45,091 bases of DNA, from the IMG/VR virus record IMGVR_UViG_3300027742_000005, positions 1 to 45,091 of that record; one strand, given 5' to 3'. Positions within the stretch are counted from its first letter, which is position 1, and each line of letters starts with the position of its first letter. The notes below the pieces were generated by a model that was not told where the DNA came from, searched no databases, and worked only from the letters and a program-made list of their open reading frames with translations. The translations under genes were made by a program, and so were the position numbers. This DNA is from a virus. This document shows positions 34,831 through 42,464 of this stretch, piece after piece.

Positions 34831-34859
34831 TTTCTCATCTCCTTTCATTTTATTTCACC

Positions 34860-34879
34860 GGAGAGCTTATCCGCTCCCC
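34860..34879 (-). other. GC-rich hairpin after a stop codon (GGGGAGC-N6-GCTCTCC, one G-U pair), with no U-tract
   Basis: Read directly from the sequence, just downstream of 34885..35361. Confidence 0.35.
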
Positions 34880-34884
34880 ATTAA

Positions 34885-35361
34885 TCATTCAGTATCTTCT
34901 TCAAAATATTTATCAAAATATTTCAAAAAGTATTCCTTTTTCGCTTTTGCTTCTAATAGATTATTTTTCTTTTCTACTATCTCATTATTCAACTTCTCTA
35001 GTATGGTTGATTTCTGGAATGGTATAAATGTATCTTCAGCTATGCATATTTCTGTATCTTTGGTACTTTTATTAAATGTAAGAAATTCTATCTCTGCATT
35101 ATTATAACTGGTTTTGAGATAAGCTATAAGTATTGAAGGTCTACTTTTGAATTCCTCAAATCCGATTATTACTCCTGCATAAGTATCATATCCTTCTCCA
35201 TAGCTTGCTTTTTTTAATATCCTGATATTAGTACCTACTTTATAATTTTCTATCTTTTTAACATGTCTCATATCTACTTCCATTTTAATTCCGGCTATTT
35301 CAATTACTCTCTTATCTGATTCTTTCTCTTCCATTTTTGTCAATTCATTCATTTTAGTCAT
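34885..35361 (-). CDS. Hypothetical protein (158 aa)
   Basis: ATG 35361 with SD AAGGAG. Confidence 0.6.
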   Translation of the reverse strand: MTKMNELTKMEEKESDKRVIEIAGIKMEVDMRHVKKIENYKVGTNIRILKKASYGEGYDTYAGVIIGFEEFKSRPSILIAYLKTSYNNAEIEFLTFNKSTKDTEICIAEDTFIPFQKSTILEKLNNEIVEKKNNLLEAKAKKEYFLKYFDKYFEEDTE

Positions 35362-35379
35362 TTCTTTAATCTCCTTTTT

Positions 35380-35535
35380 TTATTTTCTTCTAAAATTCTC
35401 TTCAATATACATATCTATATGCATTAAAATATCATCAACTATATCTCCTATGAATATTTCTTCCCCCCTTTCTTTCTTTTTTCTATCATCTTCTATAATT
35501 TTCCCAATCCTATCATTCAATTCTAATCTATCCAT
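35380..35535 (-). CDS. Acidic mini-protein (51 aa, not in track)
   Basis: SD AAGGAAGGAG precedes ATG 35535. Translated codon by codon: MDRLELNDRIGKIIEDDRKKKERGEEIFIGDIVDDILMHIDMYIEENFRRK. Confidence 0.5.
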   Translation of the reverse strand: MDRLELNDRIGKIIEDDRKKKERGEEIFIGDIVDDILMHIDMYIEENFRRK

Positions 35536-35556
35536 AATACTCCTTCCTTTCATATT

Positions 35557-36507
35557 TTATATTCCGAACTGCTTTCTGAATTGATGTCGCTTCTTTACAA
35601 ATAGCTTAAATTCTCCAGAAATATCGGTACTGATTTTTGGTTTCTTCCATCCGACCTTATTATCAGTAGGCCCGACTGGACAGATTACCATTTGCTTAAT
35701 CCCTTTTCTGCATACTGCTTCTGCAGCTAATTGCCTGAAATCTCCTGCATTTGCTCCGCATTTATAATCAATTACTGATGGTATTCCTTCCCAATCACAA
35801 AACATATCTGCTCTACCCATATATAAATGCTCTTTATTCCAGATAGTTACTTCTATCTCCGGTTTAGTAATTTTCTCTACATGCTTTTCCATAAATGCTT
35901 TTACCGATAAATCATCCCAATGCAATTTTAGACTACCATTCAATAATATGGCTACATGCCTTTCAAGTGATTTAATCTCTTCGGGATTCATCCAGGTAAT
36001 AGGTTCTTCTTTCTGTTTTTCTGGAGTCTTTAATAACCATTCTGTATATTTTCTTACATAGTCATGAGCCATTTCATGTCCGATAGTTCCTCTACTACCA
36101 TATTGAACTAATTCAAAATCTGGTATTCTCCAGATTACATCCCAACCCAATACAGAAGAAATCCAAACATATTTAAGATTATCCTTTTCAGAAAATCCTA
36201 TATTATCCCATTTCTCCTCTATTACTTCGGCCTTACAATTATTCTTTTCCAATTTGAACTGCTCCTTTACTTCTTCCTTTCCCTGTAAATATACTTGTTT
36301 TATCTGCTCCTTAGTATACCCTTCCGTATTTACTTTCATGAAAAATCCCGGTTTCCAATTCTCATAAGGAGCAGTAGATATCGTACCATTAACTCCTAAA
36401 CTGATTTCTGTTACCCGATTTGATAGTAAATCTTTTTTCTTATCCAGAGCTATTAATAATTGCTGTTCATTCATAACTTTTTTATCCTCTATTTTTTCTT
36501 TATTCAT
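35557..36507 (-). CDS. RecB/Cas4-like PD-(D/E)XK exonuclease
   Basis: Track start is TTG 36528; ATG at 36507 is preferred. GTIGHEMAHDY, then YMGRADMFCDWEGIPSVIDYKCG and QLAAEAVC, fit the D..D/ExK + Q motif layout. Confidence 0.55.
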   Translation of the reverse strand: MNKEKIEDKKVMNEQQLLIALDKKKDLLSNRVTEISLGVNGTISTAPYENWKPGFFMKVNTEGYTKEQIKQVYLQGKEEVKEQFKLEKNNCKAEVIEEKWDNIGFSEKDNLKYVWISSVLGWDVIWRIPDFELVQYGSRGTIGHEMAHDYVRKYTEWLLKTPEKQKEEPITWMNPEEIKSLERHVAILLNGSLKLHWDDLSVKAFMEKHVEKITKPEIEVTIWNKEHLYMGRADMFCDWEGIPSVIDYKCGANAGDFRQLAAEAVCRKGIKQMVICPVGPTDNKVGWKKPKISTDISGEFKLFVKKRHQFRKQFGI

Positions 36508-36676
36508 TATCTTTTTTACTCCTTCCAAAATAATCTTTTAAGATATTATTAAGTACCCAGGTTATCGATACGCCCATATTAAAAGCTATCTTTTTTATCT
36601 TCTTATGATATTTTCTTCCAATCCAAACAGTTACATTCTTTGTTCTTTGCCTTTTAATTGCTTTATGTAATTCCAT
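36500..36676 (-). CDS. Ribbon-helix-helix (CopG/Arc-like) DNA-binding mini-protein (58 aa, not in track)
   Basis: ATG 36676 with SD AAAGGGG. NVTVWIGRKYHKKIKKIAFNMGVSITWVLNNILKDYF fits a strand-helix-helix pattern. Confidence 0.5.
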   Translation of the reverse strand: MELHKAIKRQRTKNVTVWIGRKYHKKIKKIAFNMGVSITWVLNNILKDYFGRSKKDNE

Positions 36677-36680
36677 GTCA

Positions 36681-36935
36681 TCAACCCCTTTCTTTTATCC
36701 AATCATTTTTATCATTTATATAAGCACATACAACTTTACCATTCTCCAATCTGATGTATGCTTTGGCAGGAAATTCTTTTCTTATCTCATAAATTTCTCC
36801 TCTCATTATTCCATATGGCATAAGTACCCATACTTTTTGTAAATGTGATAAATCTGCATTAGCTTGTGATTTGAAATTTCTTAATTGATAGATTTCTCGT
36901 GTAATTTTTGTAGATTTCTTTGAAGGTTTTTTCAT
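36681..36935 (-). CDS. Hypothetical protein (84 aa)
   Basis: First gene downstream of the consensus promoter at 36958..36986. SD AAGGAG. Confidence 0.6.
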   Translation of the reverse strand: MKKPSKKSTKITREIYQLRNFKSQANADLSHLQKVWVLMPYGIMRGEIYEIRKEFPAKAYIRLENGKVVCAYINDKNDWIKERG

Positions 36936-36957
36936 CTCTTTACTCCTTTATATTGTA

Positions 36958-36986
36958 ATTATACAGAATTTATATACATTTGTCAA
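36958..36986 (-). promoter_or_regulatory. Sigma70-type promoter: TTGACA-N17-TATAAT
   Basis: Minus-sense sequence: TTGACAaatgtatataaattctgTATAAT, 22 nt upstream of ATG 36935. Both hexamers are perfect. Confidence 0.7.
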
Positions 36987-36988
36987 AA

Positions 36989-37261
36989 CTATTTTTTGCT
37001 CATAAATTGTAAGTTATTATTCTTCATTAACCATTCAAGCATAACATCAACTATAGAATGTATCATCGCCATTGCTATTGTATAATCTTTAAAATTAATA
37101 TCTTTGTCGATTAACTTGATAGTTATATCAGCATACTTTGATAATAGATTTTGATATTCTTTATCTTTAGTAAGTTTTTTAATTGTTTCCAAATAAGGTG
37201 AATCCCCTATACTTTCTTTATCTTTCATTATTATCTCTTTAAAATCTTGTAAATCTGACAT
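36989..37261 (-). CDS. Hypothetical protein (90 aa)
   Basis: ATG 37261 with SD AAGGAG. Confidence 0.6.
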   Translation of the reverse strand: MSDLQDFKEIIMKDKESIGDSPYLETIKKLTKDKEYQNLLSKYADITIKLIDKDINFKDYTIAMAMIHSIVDVMLEWLMKNNNLQFMSKK

Positions 37262-37278
37262 TATTTTTATTCTCCTTT

Positions 37279-37623
37279 CTAATCTCTGGGGTCAGAGATT
37301 CCTGTTAAATAATTAAAATAACTTTCTCCATATCTATCTATTATCCATATTCTTATATCTTCGGAAGTGATTTCCCATTCATTCCCCATTTCAGCTACAA
37401 ATCTTCCTTTGAAAGCCATGTATAATTCTTGATGAGGTTCTTTGCCTAAGAAATCCCACAAGATACTTCGTGCTAAGTCAGCAGGCCCGGAACCCAAATA
37501 TCCCCATTCAAATCCAGTAGGACTATGCCGGACTTGATGTTTTAAAGATTTTCCATTTACGGTAACTTCCACATTTGGCATTCCTTGCCTTGGCCCCATT
37601 CTTTTTCCTTTATAAATTTTCAT
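37279..37623 (-). CDS. Conserved hypothetical protein with the SPxGFxWGYxGSGPxxLAxxIL motif (DUF6166-like, from memory)
   Basis: HSPTGFEWGYLGSGPADLARSILWDF. SD AAGGAG. Confidence 0.45.
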   Translation of the reverse strand: MKIYKGKRMGPRQGMPNVEVTVNGKSLKHQVRHSPTGFEWGYLGSGPADLARSILWDFLGKEPHQELYMAFKGRFVAEMGNEWEITSEDIRIWIIDRYGESYFNYLTGISDPRD

Positions 37624-37653
37624 TTATTTTCTCCTTTCATCCGAACTTTCGGA

Positions 37654-37863
37654 TTATTCTAATATTTTATCATTCTGGATTACTCTATTATAAGCATGAC
37701 CTTTAAGTTTCCATATCTTTTCATCTTGATAATAATCTTCATCTGGAATAATTGATATACTAGTACATTTCTTTTTTTCATCAAATAATCCTTCTTGAAT
37801 ATTAACTATACATCCTTCTGCTTCGATATGAAGTATTCCATTTTTTAATTTATTGATATTCAT
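37654..37863 (-). CDS. Hypothetical protein (69 aa)
   Basis: ATG 37863 with SD AAGGAGAGG. Confidence 0.6.
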   Translation of the reverse strand: MNINKLKNGILHIEAEGCIVNIQEGLFDEKKKCTSISIIPDEDYYQDEKIWKLKGHAYNRVIQNDKILE

Positions 37864-37878
37864 AATCCCTCTCCTTTC

Positions 37879-38430
37879 TTATTTTATACCTTTCTTTAAA
37901 TTTTCAATTTTCCACAATGGTTGCAAATTAGATAATGCCCAACATTTTCTTATTTCTTCACAATCCATAGATATTATGTTAAATTTAGAACGTGGAATTA
38001 TATGGTCTACATGCCATTTCCCATAATTATTCCATGTCATCCCTTTTTTAAATTTCGATTCCAAATGTTTTTTTAATTGGATAAGATTATATCCCACAAT
38101 TGATACCCATTTTCTCCTTCTTTTAACTATGCCTTTCGCTTTCAATGATTCATAAATACATCTTGACATATTATAATGTAATCTTACTATTGGATTCTCT
38201 GCCCTTCTCTTTCTTTGACTTGCATTCCTTTTTTCTCTATTACCTATTAACCATTTTTTATATTTATCGGTTAATCTATATTTTTTTAATCTTACAATTG
38301 TTGCTTTCTTTATATCAGTTCTTTGATAATAATCTCTATTATATTTTGTATCCTTAGCTCTATTTTCTGGATTTTTACGATATTCTTTTTTTTTCTTCCG
38401 CCAATATACTCGTAATTGTTCTTGATTCAT
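37879..38430 (-). CDS. Free-standing HNH endonuclease
   Basis: KWHVDHIIPRSKF...NLQPLWKIENLKKG is the H-N-H core. The track start (38484) lies inside a terminator hairpin; ATG 38430 has SD GAGGAAAG. Confidence 0.8.
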   Translation of the reverse strand: MNQEQLRVYWRKKKKEYRKNPENRAKDTKYNRDYYQRTDIKKATIVRLKKYRLTDKYKKWLIGNREKRNASQRKRRAENPIVRLHYNMSRCIYESLKAKGIVKRRRKWVSIVGYNLIQLKKHLESKFKKGMTWNNYGKWHVDHIIPRSKFNIISMDCEEIRKCWALSNLQPLWKIENLKKGIK

Positions 38431-38451
38431 CTTCTTTCTTCTTCTTTCCTC

Positions 38452-38523
38452 TAAAATAAAAAGGCACATTTCGGTTGGTAACAAGGAAACGGTTAAACTT
38501 CCTAAACCTACTTTGTGCCTTTT
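38452..38523 (-). terminator. Long stem-loop terminator (AAGGCACA...TGTGCCTT followed by UUUUUAUUUU on the transcript)
   Basis: The arms at 38461-38468 and 38514-38521 are complementary, with an A-tract upstream and a U-tract downstream on the minus-sense RNA. An internal AGGAA/TTCCT stem is also present. Confidence 0.55.
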
Positions 38524-38579
38524 ATAAACTAAAAAAACCGTTCACTTGCTACCGTAAATATTATACCACAATTATTTGT

Positions 38580-38840
38580 TTATATCAAAACATTTTGCTT
38601 CCCCCTCTTTACTATCTTTAATAACTTTACTGTATCTCCACAACCTTGTTTAAAATAGTTAAATCTCATAAGTATAATTTTGTATCTACTCCCTCTTTGT
38701 TTTAATCTCCATTTCACTATATCCCGGTGAGTTATATTTCTTATATCTTCTATGTTCCATTCACTAAAGAGTCCTGGTTTTACTTCCACAAAGTAATGGT
38801 CATTCTTCAAAAATCCATAATAAACCCTATGTTCTCTCAT
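38580..38840 (-). CDS. Hypothetical protein (86 aa)
   Basis: ATG 38840 with SD GGAGGAGG. Confidence 0.6.
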   Translation of the reverse strand: MREHRVYYGFLKNDHYFVEVKPGLFSEWNIEDIRNITHRDIVKWRLKQRGSRYKIILMRFNYFKQGCGDTVKLLKIVKRGKQNVLI

Positions 38841-39063
38841 TCTGTGCCTCCTCCAGACAATAAACTTTAGTTTTCCAATCTACATTATAGATATCATATA
38901 AATATTGAATCTCTGCACAATATCCACAATGTGCTATATAAAGTTTTCCATTAGGAGCAATAACTTTTCTTTTCCTTTTATCAATTTTATCTTTTTTCTT
39001 TGCTCCGATTACTCTTCTAATTATATTTAGAAATTTCTTACAATTTTCATTTACCATCTTCAT
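38827..39063 (-). CDS. Hypothetical Cys-containing protein (78 aa; start may be 39057)
   Basis: A GGGGGG run abuts ATG 39063; the ATG at 39057 has better spacing. Confidence 0.5.
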   Translation of the reverse strand: MKMVNENCKKFLNIIRRVIGAKKKDKIDKRKRKVIAPNGKLYIAHCGYCAEIQYLYDIYNVDWKTKVYCLEEAQNERT

Positions 39064-39316
39064 CCCCCCATATAATATAACTTAAAGACTTTAATATATT
39101 CTCATCTGTAAAATCCAATTCCCAATCATTAAGCCATGCTATTGCTTCTTCCACAATCTGCTTCCGGTTATTCTGGAAGGAAGTTTCCACTTCCTGCTTA
39201 GTCATCTCATCCTCATCGATGAGGTTATCCAGAGTACCTCTTACATCTCTTTCGATTTCATGCTCATGTTTCTTTCTTTCCAGAGCTTCTAACATTCTTC
39301 TTACTCTCGATTTCAC
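39047..39316 (-). CDS. Acidic hypothetical protein
   Basis: Track start ATG 39355 lacks an SD. The in-frame GTG 39316 has AAGGAG 8 nt upstream and forms a GTGA overlap with the upstream zinc-ribbon ORF. Confidence 0.5.
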   Translation of the reverse strand: MKSRVRRMLEALERKKHEHEIERDVRGTLDNLIDEDEMTKQEVETSFQNNRKQIVEEAIAWLNDWELDFTDENILKSLSYIIWGDEDGK

Positions 39317-39465
39317 TTTATTATCTCCTTTATAGTTTTCAATTTTCCTCCACATTTAGGACAAATACCAGGAATATAATCTTTTCTTTCTCTTAAAATG
39401 GGTAAATCCCATTCTGTCTTACATTTTTTACATTTTGCCCTATCCCAATATATTATTTTTTTCAT
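39313..39465 (-). CDS. Zinc-ribbon mini-protein (50 aa, not in track)
   Basis: ATG 39465. Translated codon by codon: MKKIIYWDRAKCKKCKTEWDLPILRERKDYIPGICPKCGGKLKTIKEIIK. Confidence 0.5.
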   Translation of the reverse strand: MKKIIYWDRAKCKKCKTEWDLPILRERKDYIPGICPKCGGKLKTIKEIIK

Positions 39466-39477
39466 AATTAAATTCCT

Positions 39478-39672
39478 TTATATTTTTATTTGACTAGTAA
39501 TATCTGCATCACATTCAGGACAATAAAATGTGATTTTCTTATCAATATTATCTCCATAATTATCTATTTCAGTAACTCCTTCTTTATCTGTTTCTTTAAG
39601 CTCTACCCAACCATTTCTTTCTTCCGTATAATATACTTCTTTGATTTCCGCTGAACAATGAGAACATTTCAT
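39478..39672 (-). CDS. Zinc-ribbon mini-protein (64 aa)
   Basis: CSHCSA...CPECDA. Confidence 0.6.
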   Translation of the reverse strand: MKCSHCSAEIKEVYYTEERNGWVELKETDKEGVTEIDNYGDNIDKKITFYCPECDADITSQIKI

Positions 39673-39675
39673 GAA

Positions 39676-39876
39676 TCATTTACCCCCTATATATTTTTTC
39701 TTCAAATTGCTATAATTTTGCATTATATAAAGACATTCTTCTCTAGTTAATTTCACATCACAAAGAGTATTAGCATATTTTATTACATTCCTGACATCAA
39801 ACATATTCGTTGCTCCTGATTGCTGAACTGTAAAATACGCATCAAATTTATCTTTGGTTATTTCAACTCCATTCAT
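39676..39876 (-). CDS. DUF5049-like protein
   Basis: VQQSGATNMFDVRNVIKYA matches the sG.tNMfD motif I associate with DUF5049. Confidence 0.5.
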   Translation of the reverse strand: MNGVEITKDKFDAYFTVQQSGATNMFDVRNVIKYANTLCDVKLTREECLYIMQNYSNLKKKYIGGK

Positions 39877-40079
39877 TATAAATTATCCTCCTTATTTAAT
39901 TCATACAATGGATAAAAATTATTAAATTTCCTTGCATTCTTTTCTACCCTCTCAATCTTGAAAGTAGTACCGGAATACTTTTTCTGAAGTCTCCTCTTAT
40001 GCCTTTTCGCTATCAATTGATTTTTATAATTCCCTTCAGTAGTTTTAAAACCATCTACTTTAGCTGTTATCCTGAACAT
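39876..40079 (-). CDS. Basic hypothetical protein (67 aa)
   Basis: ATG 40079 with SD AAGGAG. Confidence 0.6.
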   Translation of the reverse strand: MFRITAKVDGFKTTEGNYKNQLIAKRHKRRLQKKYSGTTFKIERVEKNARKFNNFYPLYELNKEDNL

Positions 40080-40111
40080 TTTTAATCTCCTTTCTTATTT
40101 TTTGATTCACC

Positions 40112-40131
40112 AGCAGGGAGTCGACCCTGCT
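40112..40131 (-). other. GC-rich hairpin (AGCAGGG-N6-CCCTGCT) that includes the TAG stop of 40130..40600, with no U-tract
   Basis: Read directly from the sequence. Confidence 0.4.
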
Positions 40132-40600
40132 AAAGCATATCCTCATCATTCGCTCTCTGAATTAAATCCTGATTATATGCTCTGTCATCTTCTATCAAAT
40201 CTGGCTCATTATCTTGCTTTTTTGTTTCAGCTATAAGCAATTCCCTTGCTTTCATTTCACATTCTTCGCTACAAACGTATTTAAAAGGCCTACCAATCTC
40301 ATCTTTGACTACTATATATTTATTAATTATTCTATTACATATTCCACAAGGTATCTGTACCTTATTTAATCCAGCATCATAATAAGTTACATATTTAGCT
40401 TCCATTCTCAAATCTTCCTTCTTTTGGTATCTTTCCTTACTTATATTGGTCAAAAAATCATATGCTTTTTTATTTTTATTAGGACCAATAAATTCATGTT
40501 CTTCATCATCATAGTAAAACGTCCAAGCAAAATAAGTTCTGAAAATTTCTATTCCAAGTTCATCAGCTAAATTAATTATTTTTTGTTTTGGTATTCTCAT
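40130..40600 (-). CDS. Hypothetical protein (156 aa) with a CxxC...CxxxC cluster
   Basis: ATGA-coupled to the upstream gene. IPCGICNR..YVCSEECE. Confidence 0.6.
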   Translation of the reverse strand: MRIPKQKIINLADELGIEIFRTYFAWTFYYDDEEHEFIGPNKNKKAYDFLTNISKERYQKKEDLRMEAKYVTYYDAGLNKVQIPCGICNRIINKYIVVKDEIGRPFKYVCSEECEMKARELLIAETKKQDNEPDLIEDDRAYNQDLIQRANDEDML

Positions 40601-40908
40601 TCCTTTTCTCCTTCCTCTTTATTTTCTTCTAAATGCTTTAATACCTTAAGAACTTCATTTGAACTTTCCCAATTTCTTAATATCCCTTCTAATTTCTCTA
40701 CATTAAATCTGGAGATATAAGAAGTTACATCTGATTTTATCATCTTGAATGCTTCTGCACTTCCTGACTCCAATCTCTTTTTATTTTTCAATAAATCCAT
40801 CTTTAAAAAATCAACTTGCATTATCAATTCATCTGTCATTTCTATCATATTTTTTTCTCTATATTTCTTATCCCTTTCAAAAAATTCTTTTAATTCTTTC
40901 TTATTCAT
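40597..40908 (-). CDS. Coiled-coil hypothetical protein (103 aa)
   Basis: ATGA-coupled to the upstream gene. Confidence 0.6.
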   Translation of the reverse strand: MNKKELKEFFERDKKYREKNMIEMTDELIMQVDFLKMDLLKNKKRLESGSAEAFKMIKSDVTSYISRFNVEKLEGILRNWESSNEVLKVLKHLEENKEEGEKE

Positions 40909-41282
40909 TTCAAATCTCCCTTCCTTAATTTATATATTTTAGTTCCTGATTTCACCCAGACATTACTTTTAGGGATTATTGTTCTGATTCTGATTTGAGT
41001 ACTTTCGAAAGTTATTATTGTAGTGATCTTATTATCGATATCAATGATTGCAACATCATCTCCGGACTTAGCATAATTATAGAGTCTTTCTTTACCCAGA
41101 GAAATTACATCTCCACAGGCAATATTAACATCAATGCCATTTTCTTTGAAGCGGATAAGCGAATGTTCAGTAGTCCTGATTTTGAATTCAGTACCATTAA
41201 AACTAAACTTTAAGAGGGTTATTCCGTAGTTCTCATTGAGGTTTTCATTGAATCTATTCATCTCTTTTTTGCTCCTTTTCAT
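40905..41282 (-). CDS. Hypothetical protein (125 aa), first gene after promoter 41307..41335
   Basis: ATG 41282. Lies downstream of the TTGACA-N17-TAATAT promoter. Confidence 0.6.
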   Translation of the reverse strand: MKRSKKEMNRFNENLNENYGITLLKFSFNGTEFKIRTTEHSLIRFKENGIDVNIACGDVISLGKERLYNYAKSGDDVAIIDIDNKITTIITFESTQIRIRTIIPKSNVWVKSGTKIYKLRKGDLK

Positions 41283-41306
41283 CTCTATTTCTCTCTCTCT
41301 GTCTAT

Positions 41307-41335
41307 ATATTACACCCATTATACACACTTGTCAA
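41307..41335 (-). promoter_or_regulatory. Sigma70-type promoter: TTGACA-N17-TAATAT
   Basis: Minus-sense sequence: TTGACAagtgtgtataatgggtgTAATAT, 24 nt upstream of ATG 41282. Confidence 0.6.
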
Positions 41336-41382
41336 ATTTTTATTACAAAATATCGAAAATATTTTAATTATTTTTTAATAAT

Positions 41383-41982
41383 TTATTTAACTCCTTCATT
41401 ATTCCTTCCTGTATTACATTTCATACATAGAACTCTTAAATTATCGAATTTATTGCTCCCACCTTTTGATATAGGTATAATATGGTCAATTTGTAATTCT
41501 GTATTTTTTGAAGTTTTACCACATATTTGACACCTATATTTATCCCTTTGTAATACTCTCATTCTTAATGAATTGCTTATTTTACTTCTACCATGCTCAT
41601 TAGGTAATTTTATTTTATAGTTATCCCCTAATACTATTTTTATAATTTCAGAAGGAACTTTTTTTAATATATTTGCTATTGCTATTTCCATTTTTGGTCC
41701 TCCAAATTTTTTAGTATATTTAAATATATCTTTTATCCCTATCCATTTCCTATTAAGGAAATATATCTTATCATCTTTCTGAAATTTATTTAATATTTCA
41801 ATTACTTTCTCTCTTTTTATTTCTGTATCTATTGCCATAAATATTGTAGATATTTCATAAATACCTATAACATTACTATATTCATTAGTTAATAAATATA
41901 AAAATAATGTTTTCTCGTCAGTATTTAAATCTTCAATATAATCATCTCTCCAAAATCCACTATTAATTGTTTTTTCGCTCAT
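41383..41982 (-). CDS. Replisome-organizer-like N-terminal domain fused to a C-terminal HNH nuclease
   Basis: Track start TTG 42033 is actually the -35 hexamer; ATG 41982 has SD AAGGGG. The N-terminus FWRDDYIEDLNTDEKTLFLYLLTNEYSNVIGIYEIS is paralogous to 31584..32411. C-terminus: RCQICGK..LQIDHIIPISKGGSNKFDNLRVLCMKCN. Confidence 0.65.
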   Translation of the reverse strand: MSEKTINSGFWRDDYIEDLNTDEKTLFLYLLTNEYSNVIGIYEISTIFMAIDTEIKREKVIEILNKFQKDDKIYFLNRKWIGIKDIFKYTKKFGGPKMEIAIANILKKVPSEIIKIVLGDNYKIKLPNEHGRSKISNSLRMRVLQRDKYRCQICGKTSKNTELQIDHIIPISKGGSNKFDNLRVLCMKCNTGRNNEGVK

Positions 41983-42004
41983 GATATTATCCCCTTTTTT
42001 ATTT

Positions 42005-42033
42005 ATAATACTATAGATACTGTATCTTGTCAA
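42005..42033 (-). promoter_or_regulatory. Sigma70-type early promoter (TTGACA-N17-TATTAT) with a 13-bp palindrome in the spacer
   Basis: Minus-sense sequence: TTGACAAGATACAGTATCTATAGTATTAT. AGATAC-A-GTATCT (42014-42026) is a perfect palindrome. AAGGATAATA overlaps the -35 hexamer. Confidence 0.65.
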
Positions 42034-42144
42034 GGATAATATATAAAAATATCGATACTCTATATATAAAGTTAAATTTTTTTTGCTGTTTTATTTTGAC
42101 TCTATCACTAAGGATAAGAAAAAGAATAAAGATAAGGATAATAT

Positions 42145-42459
42145 CTATACTTGTGGAATCACCATAAAATTTAATTTCTTCTTATGAGGTCCCGACCAAT
42201 CCCATATTACTATTAAATCATTTTTATCAATCAATTCTATTCCATTCTCTCCCTCTGTTCCTGCAATATTCCATTCTAAGGCATAATTATAATCTTCATT
42301 TTCTATTTTTTCAGCAGGTTCTTTATCAAGCAAACATTCTCCATTTTTTTTATATACTGAAACAGTGATTACCGGTGGAGAATATTCTGCTCCAGTCCTT
42401 AAATTTTTTATTCCTGCGGTAAATAATATAGTATCTCCTATTAAATATTTATCAGCCAT
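42145..42459 (-). CDS. Hypothetical beta-rich protein (104 aa), last gene of the late transcription unit
   Basis: ATG 42459 with SD GAGAGGT. Confidence 0.6.
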   Translation of the reverse strand: MADKYLIGDTILFTAGIKNLRTGAEYSPPVITVSVYKKNGECLLDKEPAEKIENEDYNYALEWNIAGTEGENGIELIDKNDLIVIWDWSGPHKKKLNFMVIPQV

Positions 42460-42464
42460 AATGA

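Noticed and set aside
35557-36507. HExxH (GHEMAHD), suggesting a zinc metalloprotease
   Set aside because: The motif sits where RecB/Cas4-type nucleases have their G..H..E motif, and the C-terminal D...DYK and Q motifs fit a PD-(D/E)XK nuclease. The HExxH is probably coincidental.
38461-38521. tRNA-like cloverleaf impression (7-8-bp acceptor-like stem with an internal 5-bp stem)
   Set aside because: It is only ~60 nt long. The internal loop is 10 nt, not 7, and there are no D or T arms or conserved GTTC/GG elements. A terminator or regulatory hairpin explains it better.
41983-42033. N-terminal 17 codons of track ORF 41383..42033 (TTG start)
   Set aside because: The TTG is the first half of a perfect TTGACA -35 hexamer with a TATTAT -10 hexamer 17 nt downstream. 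The in-frame ATG at 41982 has its own SD.
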